Shown: one piece after another, positions 27,461 through 36,968 of the stretch
Layout: each line of letters starts with the position of its first letter
Numbering within the stretch: the stretch's first letter is position 1
Source of the DNA: an uncultured Nitrospirales bacterium
Lineage (GTDB): Bacteria > Hydrogenedentota > Hydrogenedentia > Hydrogenedentales > CAILVY01
Reading direction: 5' to 3'
Length of the DNA stretch: 64,000 nt
Assembly: GCA_964474205.1 (NCBI GenBank)
Contig: CAYYRW010000037.1
Coordinates: 5,599 to 69,598, forward strand
Translations under genes and position numbers: made by a program
Notes under the pieces: generated by a model
Databases searched by the model: none
What the model was told of the DNA's origin: nothing
What the model saw: the letters and a program-made list of their open reading frames with translations, nothing else

Positions 27461-28575
27461 AAATCCTGATACCCACCGTGGACTATCCGCCGATTGAGGG
27501 CGGGATTTCGACCGTGGCGGTGCAGGTCTCGCGCGAGTTGGCCGCCTTGGGGCATGAAGTCACGGTGGTGGCGCCGATAGTGCAGGGGGAACGCGCCGTG
27601 GACGACACACGGGAGCCGGTACGCATAATTCGGTATGGCGGCTACGAGTGGGGCTGGCTTCGTTTTTTCCCATTGATCCGTAAGACGTGGCCGTTAATCA
27701 AAGAGACCGATTTGTTGCTGGCCATCAACGTAAGTTACGGCGGCATTATCGGGCGGATGGCGTGGGGAAGGCGAAAAACACGTTATATCGTTTTTGCCTA
27801 TGCCTATGAGTTTTTGAAGTTCCGGCGGACGCCGCTCATTCGCGGCTTGCTGCGAAGCGTATACCGCCATGCCGAAAAAACCGTGGCCATCAGCCGGTTC
27901 ACGCGGAGCAACCTGGAAGATTTCGGGGTGCCGCATGATCGCATTTCGGTTATTTTCCCGGGCGCCTCTTTACCGAAGCGTGTACCCGAAGAAAAGGTGC
28001 AAGCATTACGCGAACGGTTCGGGTTGGGCAACGCCAAAGTCATTCTGTCCGTGGGGCGCTTCATTCCCCGCAAGGGGCAAATCACGCTGGTGACCGCGCT
28101 GCCCGAGATTTTTGAACATTGCCCGAACACCCATCTAGTGATGGCGGGCCGCGGGCCGTGCCGCGAGGAATGCCTCGAAAAAGCCCGCGCCATGGACATT
28201 GAGGGCCAGGTGCACTGCCCTGGATATCTGACGGACGATGATCTCGCGGCGTTGTATCAAACGTGCGACGTGTTCGCATTGCCGGCGGGTGAGGATGAAC
28301 ACGGGCAGGTGGAAGGGTTTGGATTGGTGTTCACGGAAGCGCACGCCCATGGGAAACCGGTGGTGGCGGGGATGTCCGGCGGTGTGGTGGACGCCGTTCA
28401 GGACGGGGAAACAGGAATTCTGGTGAAACCGGAGGACCCGCATGCTTTGGCCCTGGCCGTCGTTTCACTGTTAAACGATCCCCACCGCGCCCGCCGCATG
28501 GGCGATGCAGGACACAAGCGCGTCGAAAATGAACTGAACTGGACCGAATTTGCCCGGCGCTTGCTCGAACAATAA
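27457..28575 (+). CDS. glycosyltransferase family 4
   Basis: 372 aa from ATG 27457 overlapping upstream stop; MKILIPTVDYPP…GGISTV, GT4 C-terminal E..G..EA motif region (EGFGLVFTEAHAHGKPVVA). Confidence 0.85.
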   Translation: MKILIPTVDYPPIEGGISTVAVQVSRELAALGHEVTVVAPIVQGERAVDDTREPVRIIRYGGYEWGWLRFFPLIRKTWPLIKETDLLLAINVSYGGIIGRMAWGRRKTRYIVFAYAYEFLKFRRTPLIRGLLRSVYRHAEKTVAISRFTRSNLEDFGVPHDRISVIFPGASLPKRVPEEKVQALRERFGLGNAKVILSVGRFIPRKGQITLVTALPEIFEHCPNTHLVMAGRGPCREECLEKARAMDIEGQVHCPGYLTDDDLAALYQTCDVFALPAGEDEHGQVEGFGLVFTEAHAHGKPVVAGMSGGVVDAVQDGETGILVKPEDPHALALAVVSLLNDPHRARRMGDAGHKRVENELNWTEFARRLLEQ

Positions 28576-28714
28576 ACGTTGTCCTCGCGAAAACCCTTCT
28601 CCGTCCTTGATCATGGAGCGTTGCCCCATGGGAACCGGGCTTGCCTTCCTGCGGGACACGCATCCATTCGAGTGAATGTGCGTAATCCGTCGTAGCCGGG
28701 TATAATACGCCGCC

Positions 28715-31351
28715 ATGGGCGAAAACTGGATGAAACTGAGCGACGTGAAACCGCATCGCACCACCCCGATGCTCCGGCAATATTTGCAGGCCAAGGCGGA
28801 GTGCGCGGGTTCCCTGTTGCTTTTCCGGATGGGCGATTTCTATGAAATGTTCTTTGACGACGCCTTCGAGGCGGCGGAGGTGCTGGGGCTTGCCCTGACC
28901 TCACGCGATGGCGCGGACAAGGAACAGCGCGTGCCCATGTGCGGCGTGCCGTTCCGCGCGGTGGACGCCTATGTCGCCAAGCTCATCAAAGCGGGGAAAA
29001 CCGTCACCCTGTGCGATCAGATCGAGGATCCAAAGGAGGCCAAAGGCATCGTCAAGCGTGCCGTGGTGCGCACCATCACCCCCGGCACCGTAATGGAAGC
29101 GAACCTGCTGGAGGAAACCGCCAATAATTACCTGGCGGCGATGTTGGCGCGGGGCGATGGGGCGGGGCTGGCGTTTGTGGACGTCACCACGGGCGAGTTT
29201 CTGGTGGCGCATATTGACGCGCACATCGAGCAAACCTTGCTGGACGAACTCACCCGCATGGCCCCGGCGGAAGTATTGTTGCCCGAAAGCCATGACGAAA
29301 CCTCCCTGAAGCGGCTCAAACTGCATTTCGGCAATATCACCTTTACACAACGTCCGGACGAGGAATTTGACGCAGCCGCGGCCCGGGATGTGATTCTGGA
29401 TATGTTCGGCCTGAGCACCTTGAAGGGGCTTGGGCTGGACGATGCTCCGGAGGCCTCCGCCTGTGCCGGGGCCGTGCTCGCCTATGTCAAAACCACACAG
29501 CGGGACGCCGCCCCGCGCCTGCGTCTCCCCCGGCGCTACAGCCCCTCCGGGTATGTCGTGCTGGATGGCAATACGCAGCGCAATTTGGAACTGATCGAAT
29601 CGCTGGCCGACCGCTCGAAGCGCGGTACGCTCTTGAATGTACTGGACCGCACGCTCACCAGCATGGGCGCGCGCAAACTGCGGCAATGGATTCTCCATCC
29701 GCTGTTGTCCGTGGAGGAAATCCAGGCGCGGCTGAACGCCGTCGAAGAATTTTTTGAACATACCGAGTCGCGCCTTGAATTGCGCGAACATCTCAAAGGC
29801 GTGGCGGATCTCGAACGCCTTATGGGCCGGATCACCGCCAAAACCGCGAATGCCCGGGATGTGCAGGCGCTGGGGCGTTCTCTCGCCCGCGTGCCCGCCT
29901 TGCGCAGCGCCTTGGCGGATGTGAACGCGGAATTGCTGGAAGGCTTGCGTGACGGGCTGGACGCCCTGGAGGAAATCACGTCCGCGATTGATGCCGCGAT
30001 TGTGGACGAGCCGCCGGTTCCCATCACGGAGGGCGGCATTATCCGGGATGGGTATAACGAGACGCTGGACCATTTGCATGCATTGGTGCGCGGCGGGCGC
30101 GACTGGATCGCCACCCTCCAACAGGAGGAACGTCAGCGCACCGGCATCTCCAACCTGCGGGTGGGCTACAACAAGGTCTTCGGCTATTTCATCGAGGTGA
30201 GCAAGGCCAATACGCGCCTGGTGCCGGAAGATTACCAGCGGAAGCAAACGCTGGTGAATGGCGAACGCTATGTGACGCCGGCCCTCAAGGCGAGAGAAGA
30301 GGAAATCCTCACTGCGCAGGAGCGCATGCAAACCCTGGAATATGACCTGTTTGTTGAATTGCGGGACCGTATCGGCGCGGAAGCGCGGCGCATCCAAAAT
30401 ACCGCGGACGCCATCGCCACGCTCGATACGCTGTTGTCTCTGGCGGACGTGGCAATCACCAAAGGCTACTGTAAACCGGACGTGAATGCCTCGGACGAAA
30501 TCCGCATCCGTGACGGACGCCACCCCGTGGTGGAAGACCTGATGTCCCGGGGCGATTTCGTGCCAAACGACACCCTGCTCGATCCCGCCGGAGCCTCCAT
30601 GCTGATTGTGACCGGCCCGAATATGGCGGGCAAGTCCACCTACTTGCGTCAGGTGGCGCTGATCACGCTCATGGCGCAGATTGGGAGTTTTGTGCCGGCC
30701 GCCGAAGCGAAAATCGGCGTGGTGGACCGCATCTTCACCCGCGTGGGCGCATCCGACAATCTCGTCCGGGGCGAGAGCACGTTCATGGTTGAAATGATCG
30801 AGACCGCGAACATTTTGAACTCCGCCACTGAAAAAAGCCTCCTCGTGCTGGATGAAATCGGGCGCGGTACCAGCACCTTTGACGGCATCAGCATCGCGTG
30901 GTCCGTGGCCGAACATATCCACGACCGCGTCCATGCCAAAACCCTCTTCGCCACCCACTACCACGAATTGACCGACCTCGGCAACAAGCTGGAGCACGCC
31001 AGGAACGTCAACGTTTCCGTGCGTGAATGGGGCGAAAAGGTGGTATTCCTCTACCGCATTGTGGACGGGGGCGCGGACCACAGCTACGGCATCCAGGTCG
31101 CGAAACTCGCCGGATTGCCCCAAGGCGTGATCCAGCGCGCCCGTGAAATCCTGGAATCCCTGGAATCCGGCAATGCCGCCAGCGCGGGGCTTCCCCAGCA
31201 GATGTATCTTTTCGGCCCCATGCCCGCCGCGGAACCCAGTGCCGTGGATAAAGAACTTGAAAAGATTGATCCCGACGCGTTATCCCCCCGCGAAGCCCAC
31301 GATCTTATCTACCATCTCAAACACCTCGCCAACAAGCCCCGCCGGAAATAG
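28715..31351 (+). CDS. mutS: DNA mismatch repair protein MutS
   Basis: 878 aa; TPMLRQYL…GDFYEMFFDDA mismatch-binding domain, Walker A GPNMAGKST, MutS signature STFMVEM. Confidence 0.95.
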   Translation: MGENWMKLSDVKPHRTTPMLRQYLQAKAECAGSLLLFRMGDFYEMFFDDAFEAAEVLGLALTSRDGADKEQRVPMCGVPFRAVDAYVAKLIKAGKTVTLCDQIEDPKEAKGIVKRAVVRTITPGTVMEANLLEETANNYLAAMLARGDGAGLAFVDVTTGEFLVAHIDAHIEQTLLDELTRMAPAEVLLPESHDETSLKRLKLHFGNITFTQRPDEEFDAAAARDVILDMFGLSTLKGLGLDDAPEASACAGAVLAYVKTTQRDAAPRLRLPRRYSPSGYVVLDGNTQRNLELIESLADRSKRGTLLNVLDRTLTSMGARKLRQWILHPLLSVEEIQARLNAVEEFFEHTESRLELREHLKGVADLERLMGRITAKTANARDVQALGRSLARVPALRSALADVNAELLEGLRDGLDALEEITSAIDAAIVDEPPVPITEGGIIRDGYNETLDHLHALVRGGRDWIATLQQEERQRTGISNLRVGYNKVFGYFIEVSKANTRLVPEDYQRKQTLVNGERYVTPALKAREEEILTAQERMQTLEYDLFVELRDRIGAEARRIQNTADAIATLDTLLSLADVAITKGYCKPDVNASDEIRIRDGRHPVVEDLMSRGDFVPNDTLLDPAGASMLIVTGPNMAGKSTYLRQVALITLMAQIGSFVPAAEAKIGVVDRIFTRVGASDNLVRGESTFMVEMIETANILNSATEKSLLVLDEIGRGTSTFDGISIAWSVAEHIHDRVHAKTLFATHYHELTDLGNKLEHARNVNVSVREWGEKVVFLYRIVDGGADHSYGIQVAKLAGLPQGVIQRAREILESLESGNAASAGLPQQMYLFGPMPAAEPSAVDKELEKIDPDALSPREAHDLIYHLKHLANKPRRK

Positions 31352-31360
31352 GCCGCCTCT

Positions 31361-32692
31361 TTACTCTTGATCATCGCGCAACGTGATCCTGGCGCCGTCG
31401 GCGAGATCGTTGGGCGGGTTGGTGATCACACGGTCATCTCGTTTCAGGCCGTTCTTAATCTCGGCCCAGGCGTCATTCCGCAAGCCCATCTCGACGGCAA
31501 CCAGCGTGGCATGTCCATTATGCGCGGCAAACACCTGCCATTGTTCGCCATGCCGGAAGACCGCGCTGTCGGGCACGGCAAGCACATCCTTGGATTCGGC
31601 GGTGATAATGCGGATATCCACACTGGTGCCGGGGCGAAGCTGGACGTCCGCATTATCAAATTCAGTTATCACCTTGACCCGCTGCTGTTCCACGCCCAAG
31701 GCGGAAATTTTGGTGAATGCGGAAGGGTATATCCGCTTCACTTTGCCCAAAAGCGTTTTTCCCGCCAGCGCTTTTCCGGTGATTTCAACGTGCTGCCCCT
31801 GCCGCACCCGCACCACTTCTTCGGACAGAATATCGCTCTCAATTTCAATATCCGCGAGATCGCCGAGTTTCATGAGGGGCATGCCGGGGGCAAGCGTGCG
31901 CTCACTGTCCACGTATTTTTCCAACAGCACGCCCGTCACGGGGGCCGTCACCGACGCCAGCCGCACATCGTGCTCCACGGCTTTGGTTTCGGCGGTTAGG
32001 CGTTCCAGTTCCGCCGCGTACACTTCGCGCATATATTCATTGTCTTCCACGGAGGCCTTGAGGCTGCGCGAGGCCAGTTCGGCGGCCTCACATGCCTTCG
32101 CCGCGGCCTTCTCCGCGAGGGCCGCCCGCTGCACTTCTTCCTGAAGGCTCTTGTAGGCGCGTTCCGCCGCGTCCAGCGCGGACTGGCTTGCGGCGCCCTG
32201 TTCCCGCAAAGCGTGCAGCCGGTCAAATTCTTTCCGGGCATTCTCCAGATTAATTTCCGCCACGGACCGTTCCCGCGCCACGGCGGCCACACTCTCGCGT
32301 AATTCCTGCACGCGGGCATCGGCCGCGGCAAGGTCCTCGGGTTTTGGCTTGGCCTTGTCCACCCCCGTCATTTGGGCGCGGGCCTGGTTGCACAGCGCTT
32401 CGGAGGCGGCAATCTGCTGTTTGAGCGCGAAGGCGTCCACCGTGGCAAGGCAGTCGCCCTCTTTCACGGTGTCCCCTTCGTTCAACGCAATGCGCCCCAC
32501 ACGCCCGGCGACGGGCACATCCACCAGATACTCCTTGGCGAGGCGGGTCTTGCCATCCTCGGCGATGTATTCTCGCACATCCCGTTGTGTCACCAGGGCG
32601 GTTTCCACCAGCACCGATTTGCCGCGCCACACATAGGCGGCCCCGGCCAGGACGATACAGGCCACCACGGCCCGGATAAGCCACTTCTTCAT
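31361..32692 (-). CDS. HlyD-family periplasmic adaptor (membrane fusion protein)
   Basis: 443 aa, N-terminal TM anchor, long coiled-coil (ERAYKSLQEEVQRAALAEKAAAKA…), beta-barrel C-terminus; convergent with mutS. Confidence 0.8.
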   Translation of the reverse strand: MKKWLIRAVVACIVLAGAAYVWRGKSVLVETALVTQRDVREYIAEDGKTRLAKEYLVDVPVAGRVGRIALNEGDTVKEGDCLATVDAFALKQQIAASEALCNQARAQMTGVDKAKPKPEDLAAADARVQELRESVAAVARERSVAEINLENARKEFDRLHALREQGAASQSALDAAERAYKSLQEEVQRAALAEKAAAKACEAAELASRSLKASVEDNEYMREVYAAELERLTAETKAVEHDVRLASVTAPVTGVLLEKYVDSERTLAPGMPLMKLGDLADIEIESDILSEEVVRVRQGQHVEITGKALAGKTLLGKVKRIYPSAFTKISALGVEQQRVKVITEFDNADVQLRPGTSVDIRIITAESKDVLAVPDSAVFRHGEQWQVFAAHNGHATLVAVEMGLRNDAWAEIKNGLKRDDRVITNPPNDLADGARITLRDDQE

Positions 32693-32706
32693 ACGGTCCT
32701 CCAGTT

Positions 32707-35079
32707 TTACTCGCGCGCCTTCAATGCCTCAATCACGTCGAGCGCATTGATTTTCCGGCGCACCAAAAAATTCGATACGGCGATAAACAACGCTATCAGG
32801 ATGCAGGATATAAACACGGTTCGCGGTTCGATGCGGTAGGGCAGGCGGTAAAGCTCGGTATCATACAAGTGGACCAGCCAGAGGCACACCGCCATGCCAA
32901 AGGGTATCCCGAGCAGCAATCCGATGCCGCCCAACAAGAAATTTTCACGGTATACAATCTGCCCGACCTCCTCCGACGAAAATCCCAACACGCGCAGGGA
33001 GGCCAATTCCCGCTGGCGCTCCGCCAGGGAGACGGTGGTCAGATTGTAGATCAACGAACAGGCGATGGCCCCGGCAAACAACACCAGGATGGTGTTGGTG
33101 GTGACCATGCTCTTGACAAAGGTCTGCATCAGAGCGATAAGCGAGTCCTTTTTGATTTCCACGGAAGAAATGCCCGGCACATCCTTCAACTGCGTGTTTA
33201 ACGATCGTTCTTGACCAGCATCCACGCGCATCAACGCCGCATTCATGGCAAAAGGCTCCTCCAGCAGCCTACTCAGGCATTCAATATTCATATACGCGGA
33301 CATTCCCAGATATTGCCGGACGGTTTTCGACACGCGCACCCTCTGTTCGCGGGTCACCTTGCCCATCAGCGGCTTGAGCATCACTTCATCCCCCGGCTGA
33401 ACGTGCAGGCATTCCGCCAGTTTGTCCGATAAGATCAATCCGCCCTCGCCGATGTCCACAACGTTCCCCTTGTAGTCCAACAAACGGCGCAACTGCGCAT
33501 TTCGGGGCAGGCCTTCCGTCACCACTTCCCGTTTCCGCCATCCCGCGCGGAGTTCGACGGGATACTGCAACATGGGTTCGGCGTAGCGGACATGATCGAA
33601 TCGGCAAGCCTCATGGTACGCGGCCTTTCCCCGCTCGATGGGGAAACTGGTCCGCATGTCTTCCCGCTGCACTTCCCGAAACTGAAATTTAAGCATGTAA
33701 TCCAGGGAGTCGAGGGTGAAGAAGCCCATGATGAGAATGCCCGTGGCCACCATGACGCCCATGATGTTGAGCATGGCGCGGAAGGCATTGCGCGCGGCGT
33801 TGCGCGCAATCATTTTCGACGAGAAGGACAATCGTTTCCAAAGCGCGGTGAAGTGTTCGAGCCAGATGCGGCGGGCATAGCGGGGCGCTTCCGCGCGCAT
33901 GGACTCGGCGGGCTGAATCGCCGCCACGCGGCGCACCGCGGAGAGGGCGCCGAGCAGGGCGGCAAGAAACGCGAGGCCCATCGAGCGGAAGACCACTTCG
34001 GGATAGATGCGGGTCACCAGCAGAGGAAAGTGATAGAAGTCTATGTAAATCCGAATCAGGCCGCTGGCGAGCCACAGCCCCACCAGAAATCCGCCCGCGC
34101 ACCCCGCCAGTGTCAGCACAAATGCATACTTCAGGTAGTACCCCGCAATGGCGGCGTTACTGTAGCCGAACGCTTTAAGAAGGCCGATCTCCGTGCGCTC
34201 GTTGCGCACCATCCTGTTTAGCAAGATAAGGAGGATCATGGAGGCCATCGCCAGAAAAATGACGGGCAGGGTGTTTGCGGAGACTTTCAGTCCGGCAATC
34301 TCCTCCGCAAGGAACCGGTGCGAAAGCTGATGTTCGCGCTTTGTTTTGGCAAAAACGCCATACGGTTTCAAGAGGGCCTCGGCATCATCCAGCACTTGGT
34401 CCAGCCGGTCCGGACGGTCCACGGCGCCGATCAGGTTGTTGCAGGCCCCGTCCATGGAGAGGGCCGACTCGGCAAAATCCTCCGGCACCCACAAAATGCC
34501 AAAGCGCTTGGGGTCCGGGATCAGTTCCTGCACGTTGCGCAGCATGTACACATATTCCGGCGAAAGGCCGAGGCCCACCACCCGCAAGCGGTGCTTCTTG
34601 TTGTCCACGGAAATCTGGAGGGTGGAGCCGGGGGCCAAATGGTTCTCTTTCGCGAAACGGTCCGAAAGGATCACCTCATTCTTCACTTCCGGCGAAAAAT
34701 AGCGTCCACTGGTGAGACAGACATCGTTCAGGACCGGATCATGCCGGGCGGGCATGGAAATCAGGCGGCCCATGCGGGGTTCGTTTACGTTCTCGATGTC
34801 CACGTTCACATCTTTGACAATGCGCCCGCGCACCTGCCGCACGCCGCTAATGGTTTCCAGCTTGCCGGCGGTCCGCGCCGGGGCACGTTCGAGATAAATC
34901 TCAAAATCGGCAAATCGGTACTGGGCGTAATAGGTGTCGCGGGTAAGCAGCAGATTCTTATGGACGGAGGCCAAACAGAGATACCCGGCGGTTCCGCACA
35001 ACACCACAATCGCGGTGGCCAACGCCTGGCCCCACGACCATTTCAGGGTGCGCGCCAGTTTTTTATTGAGAATCGTCAT
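32707..35079 (-). CDS. ABC transporter permease with two FtsX-like domains (MacB/DevC-like)
   Basis: 790 aa; two 4-TM FtsX modules each preceded by large periplasmic domain. Confidence 0.8.
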   Translation of the reverse strand: MTILNKKLARTLKWSWGQALATAIVVLCGTAGYLCLASVHKNLLLTRDTYYAQYRFADFEIYLERAPARTAGKLETISGVRQVRGRIVKDVNVDIENVNEPRMGRLISMPARHDPVLNDVCLTSGRYFSPEVKNEVILSDRFAKENHLAPGSTLQISVDNKKHRLRVVGLGLSPEYVYMLRNVQELIPDPKRFGILWVPEDFAESALSMDGACNNLIGAVDRPDRLDQVLDDAEALLKPYGVFAKTKREHQLSHRFLAEEIAGLKVSANTLPVIFLAMASMILLILLNRMVRNERTEIGLLKAFGYSNAAIAGYYLKYAFVLTLAGCAGGFLVGLWLASGLIRIYIDFYHFPLLVTRIYPEVVFRSMGLAFLAALLGALSAVRRVAAIQPAESMRAEAPRYARRIWLEHFTALWKRLSFSSKMIARNAARNAFRAMLNIMGVMVATGILIMGFFTLDSLDYMLKFQFREVQREDMRTSFPIERGKAAYHEACRFDHVRYAEPMLQYPVELRAGWRKREVVTEGLPRNAQLRRLLDYKGNVVDIGEGGLILSDKLAECLHVQPGDEVMLKPLMGKVTREQRVRVSKTVRQYLGMSAYMNIECLSRLLEEPFAMNAALMRVDAGQERSLNTQLKDVPGISSVEIKKDSLIALMQTFVKSMVTTNTILVLFAGAIACSLIYNLTTVSLAERQRELASLRVLGFSSEEVGQIVYRENFLLGGIGLLLGIPFGMAVCLWLVHLYDTELYRLPYRIEPRTVFISCILIALFIAVSNFLVRRKINALDVIEALKARE

Positions 35080-35109
35080 GCTTTCAATTCATGGGAATGT
35101 CCGCCGGGG

Positions 35110-35820
35110 TTACCATTCCAGATGGTCCGCCCGCTTACGCTCCCGGTTTTCCTTGATCTCGTGGATGCATCCGTCCTTCATGTGAATCACGCGGTGGGCC
35201 ATGCCGCCAATCACGGCATTGTGCGTGATCACAATGACCGTGGTGCCCAACGACGCATTGATGTCGTCCAATACTTGCAGCACGATTTTTCCGGTTTCAA
35301 AGTCCAGGGCGCCGGTGGGCTCGTCGCACAATAACACTTCGGGCTGTTTGGCAACGGCGCGCGCTATAGCCACGCGCTGCTGTTCCCCCCCGGAAAGCTG
35401 GGAGGGGAAATGCCTGCCGCGTTCCATCAGATTCACCAACCGCAGGGCATCCGGGGCTTTGATGGGGTTGGTGCAGATTTCCGCGGCCATTTCCACGTTT
35501 TCCTCCGCGGTAAGATTGGGCATCAGGTTGTAAAACTGAAACACGAAGCCAATATGGTGGCGGCGGTACTGTGTGCGTTGAAATTCGGAATATTGGTCCA
35601 GCGCTTCCTGGCGAAACAACACCTTTCCCGAGGTAGGGGCATCCAGCCCCCCCAGGATATTGAGCAGGGTGCTTTTGCCCGAACCGCTTGGCCCCAAAAC
35701 CACGAGAAACTCCCCCTCCCGGACTTCGAGGGAAATATCGCGCAGGGCGGGCACCATCACTTCGCCCATTTGATACTGCTTCCGGACATCCACCACTTTG
35801 AACAGGGCATTCTCCACCAA
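35110..35820 (-). CDS. ABC transporter ATP-binding protein (MacB/LolD-like)
   Basis: [12 protein letters not shown] Walker [15 protein letters not shown] signature, [11 protein letters not shown] Walker B. Confidence 0.9.
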   Translation of the reverse strand: MVENALFKVVDVRKQYQMGEVMVPALRDISLEVREGEFLVVLGPSGSGKSTLLNILGGLDAPTSGKVLFRQEALDQYSEFQRTQYRRHHIGFVFQFYNLMPNLTAEENVEMAAEICTNPIKAPDALRLVNLMERGRHFPSQLSGGEQQRVAIARAVAKQPEVLLCDEPTGALDFETGKIVLQVLDDINASLGTTVIVITHNAVIGGMAHRVIHMKDGCIHEIKENRERKRADHLEW

Positions 35821-35926
35821 CGGAACCTCCTCAACGGTTAATCCGCCACCACGCTCCCTAAACTTCCCGATCGTTATTCCATACAGGGTATCCTGTGGGA
35901 AAATTCAGCCTAAATAAGCAGAACCC

Positions 35927-36910
35927 TCAGCGAAGATACCGCTCGAAAAACGACAGCAGCGCCTCCAGTTCAATTTCATGCCCCCCGTCATGAACGCGAA
36001 GCTCCGCCTTATCGGGAACTCCATAATCCTTGTAGATTAACGAGACCTCCTCCATGGCCTCTTGGGCGAGGGGCACGGTGAACTGGGTCTTGGGCTCTTT
36101 CTTCCCATTTTGGCATTGGAGGGCGCGCGGCGCAATCAAGGAATAAATATCGGCGAAGTCCGCCAGGGCGCGCAGCCCGTCAAACTTCCAGCACATGCAA
36201 TGATTCTTTTCCATCTGGTCCATGCGGGTAAGGAAACCGGCGCTGACGGTGGCGGCGATCCGGGGGTCCATCGCGCCGAGCCACATGGCCATTTCGCCGC
36301 CGAGGGATAATCCGGCGCAGCCCACGCGCTTCGCATCCACTTCGGGAAGCGAAACGAGATAGTCCACACACCGCATGAGGTTCCACAACCGTTCTCCCAT
36401 CACAGTGCGCCCAGGTTCTTGGGCCTCATGCTGCCCCACATCGGTGGAAATCACCACATATCCTTTCCGGGCCAGGGCCTCGCCAAAACATTTATATATC
36501 TTTTCCGAACACATGAACGGGGTATGCCGGCGTCCGCCATGACCGTGAATGCACACCACCGCCGGGGCCGGGACGGTCAGGCGGGCGGGTTTGGCCAGGA
36601 TTGCCTTGAACGTGCGCCCGGGCGTGGCGCGCAATTCCAATTCCTGCAAAACATATCCCTCACGTTCCTCCTTGTCCCCAAGCACGGCCCCCAAGGGCAG
36701 GGACTCCGATTTTCCCGCCACGTCCCGCAGGTGCAGCCGTCCGAACAATTGGGTTCGCAGGTCCTGTTGCCAAACCGCGGCTTCGCTGTCGGTGCGCGGG
36801 GTATAGCGCATCGTGCGCAGCGGCTCCTCCCCCATGGCGCAGAAACAAAACATGGTCCATGCCAAAACCGTCACACACCCAAAGGACATAAGCCTATACC
36901 GCCTTTTCAT
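35927..36910 (-). CDS. secreted alpha/beta hydrolase (dienelactone hydrolase / acetyl-xylan-esterase-like)
   Basis: signal peptide MKRRYRLMSFGCVTVLAWTMFCFCAMG from ATG at 36910; VVCIHGHGG and nucleophile elbow GLSLGG. Confidence 0.6.
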   Translation of the reverse strand: MKRRYRLMSFGCVTVLAWTMFCFCAMGEEPLRTMRYTPRTDSEAAVWQQDLRTQLFGRLHLRDVAGKSESLPLGAVLGDKEEREGYVLQELELRATPGRTFKAILAKPARLTVPAPAVVCIHGHGGRRHTPFMCSEKIYKCFGEALARKGYVVISTDVGQHEAQEPGRTVMGERLWNLMRCVDYLVSLPEVDAKRVGCAGLSLGGEMAMWLGAMDPRIAATVSAGFLTRMDQMEKNHCMCWKFDGLRALADFADIYSLIAPRALQCQNGKKEPKTQFTVPLAQEAMEEVSLIYKDYGVPDKAELRVHDGGHEIELEALLSFFERYLR

Positions 36911-36968
36911 ATCCAACTCCCTTCGGCCTTCTTCCATCATATCAAAAGTGAAGGGCAACATGTAATGC

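Noticed and set aside
28901-31123. 740-aa minus-strand ORF
   Set aside because: Antisense to mutS
34318-35334. 338-aa plus-strand ORF
   Set aside because: Antisense to FtsX permease / ABC ATPase genes
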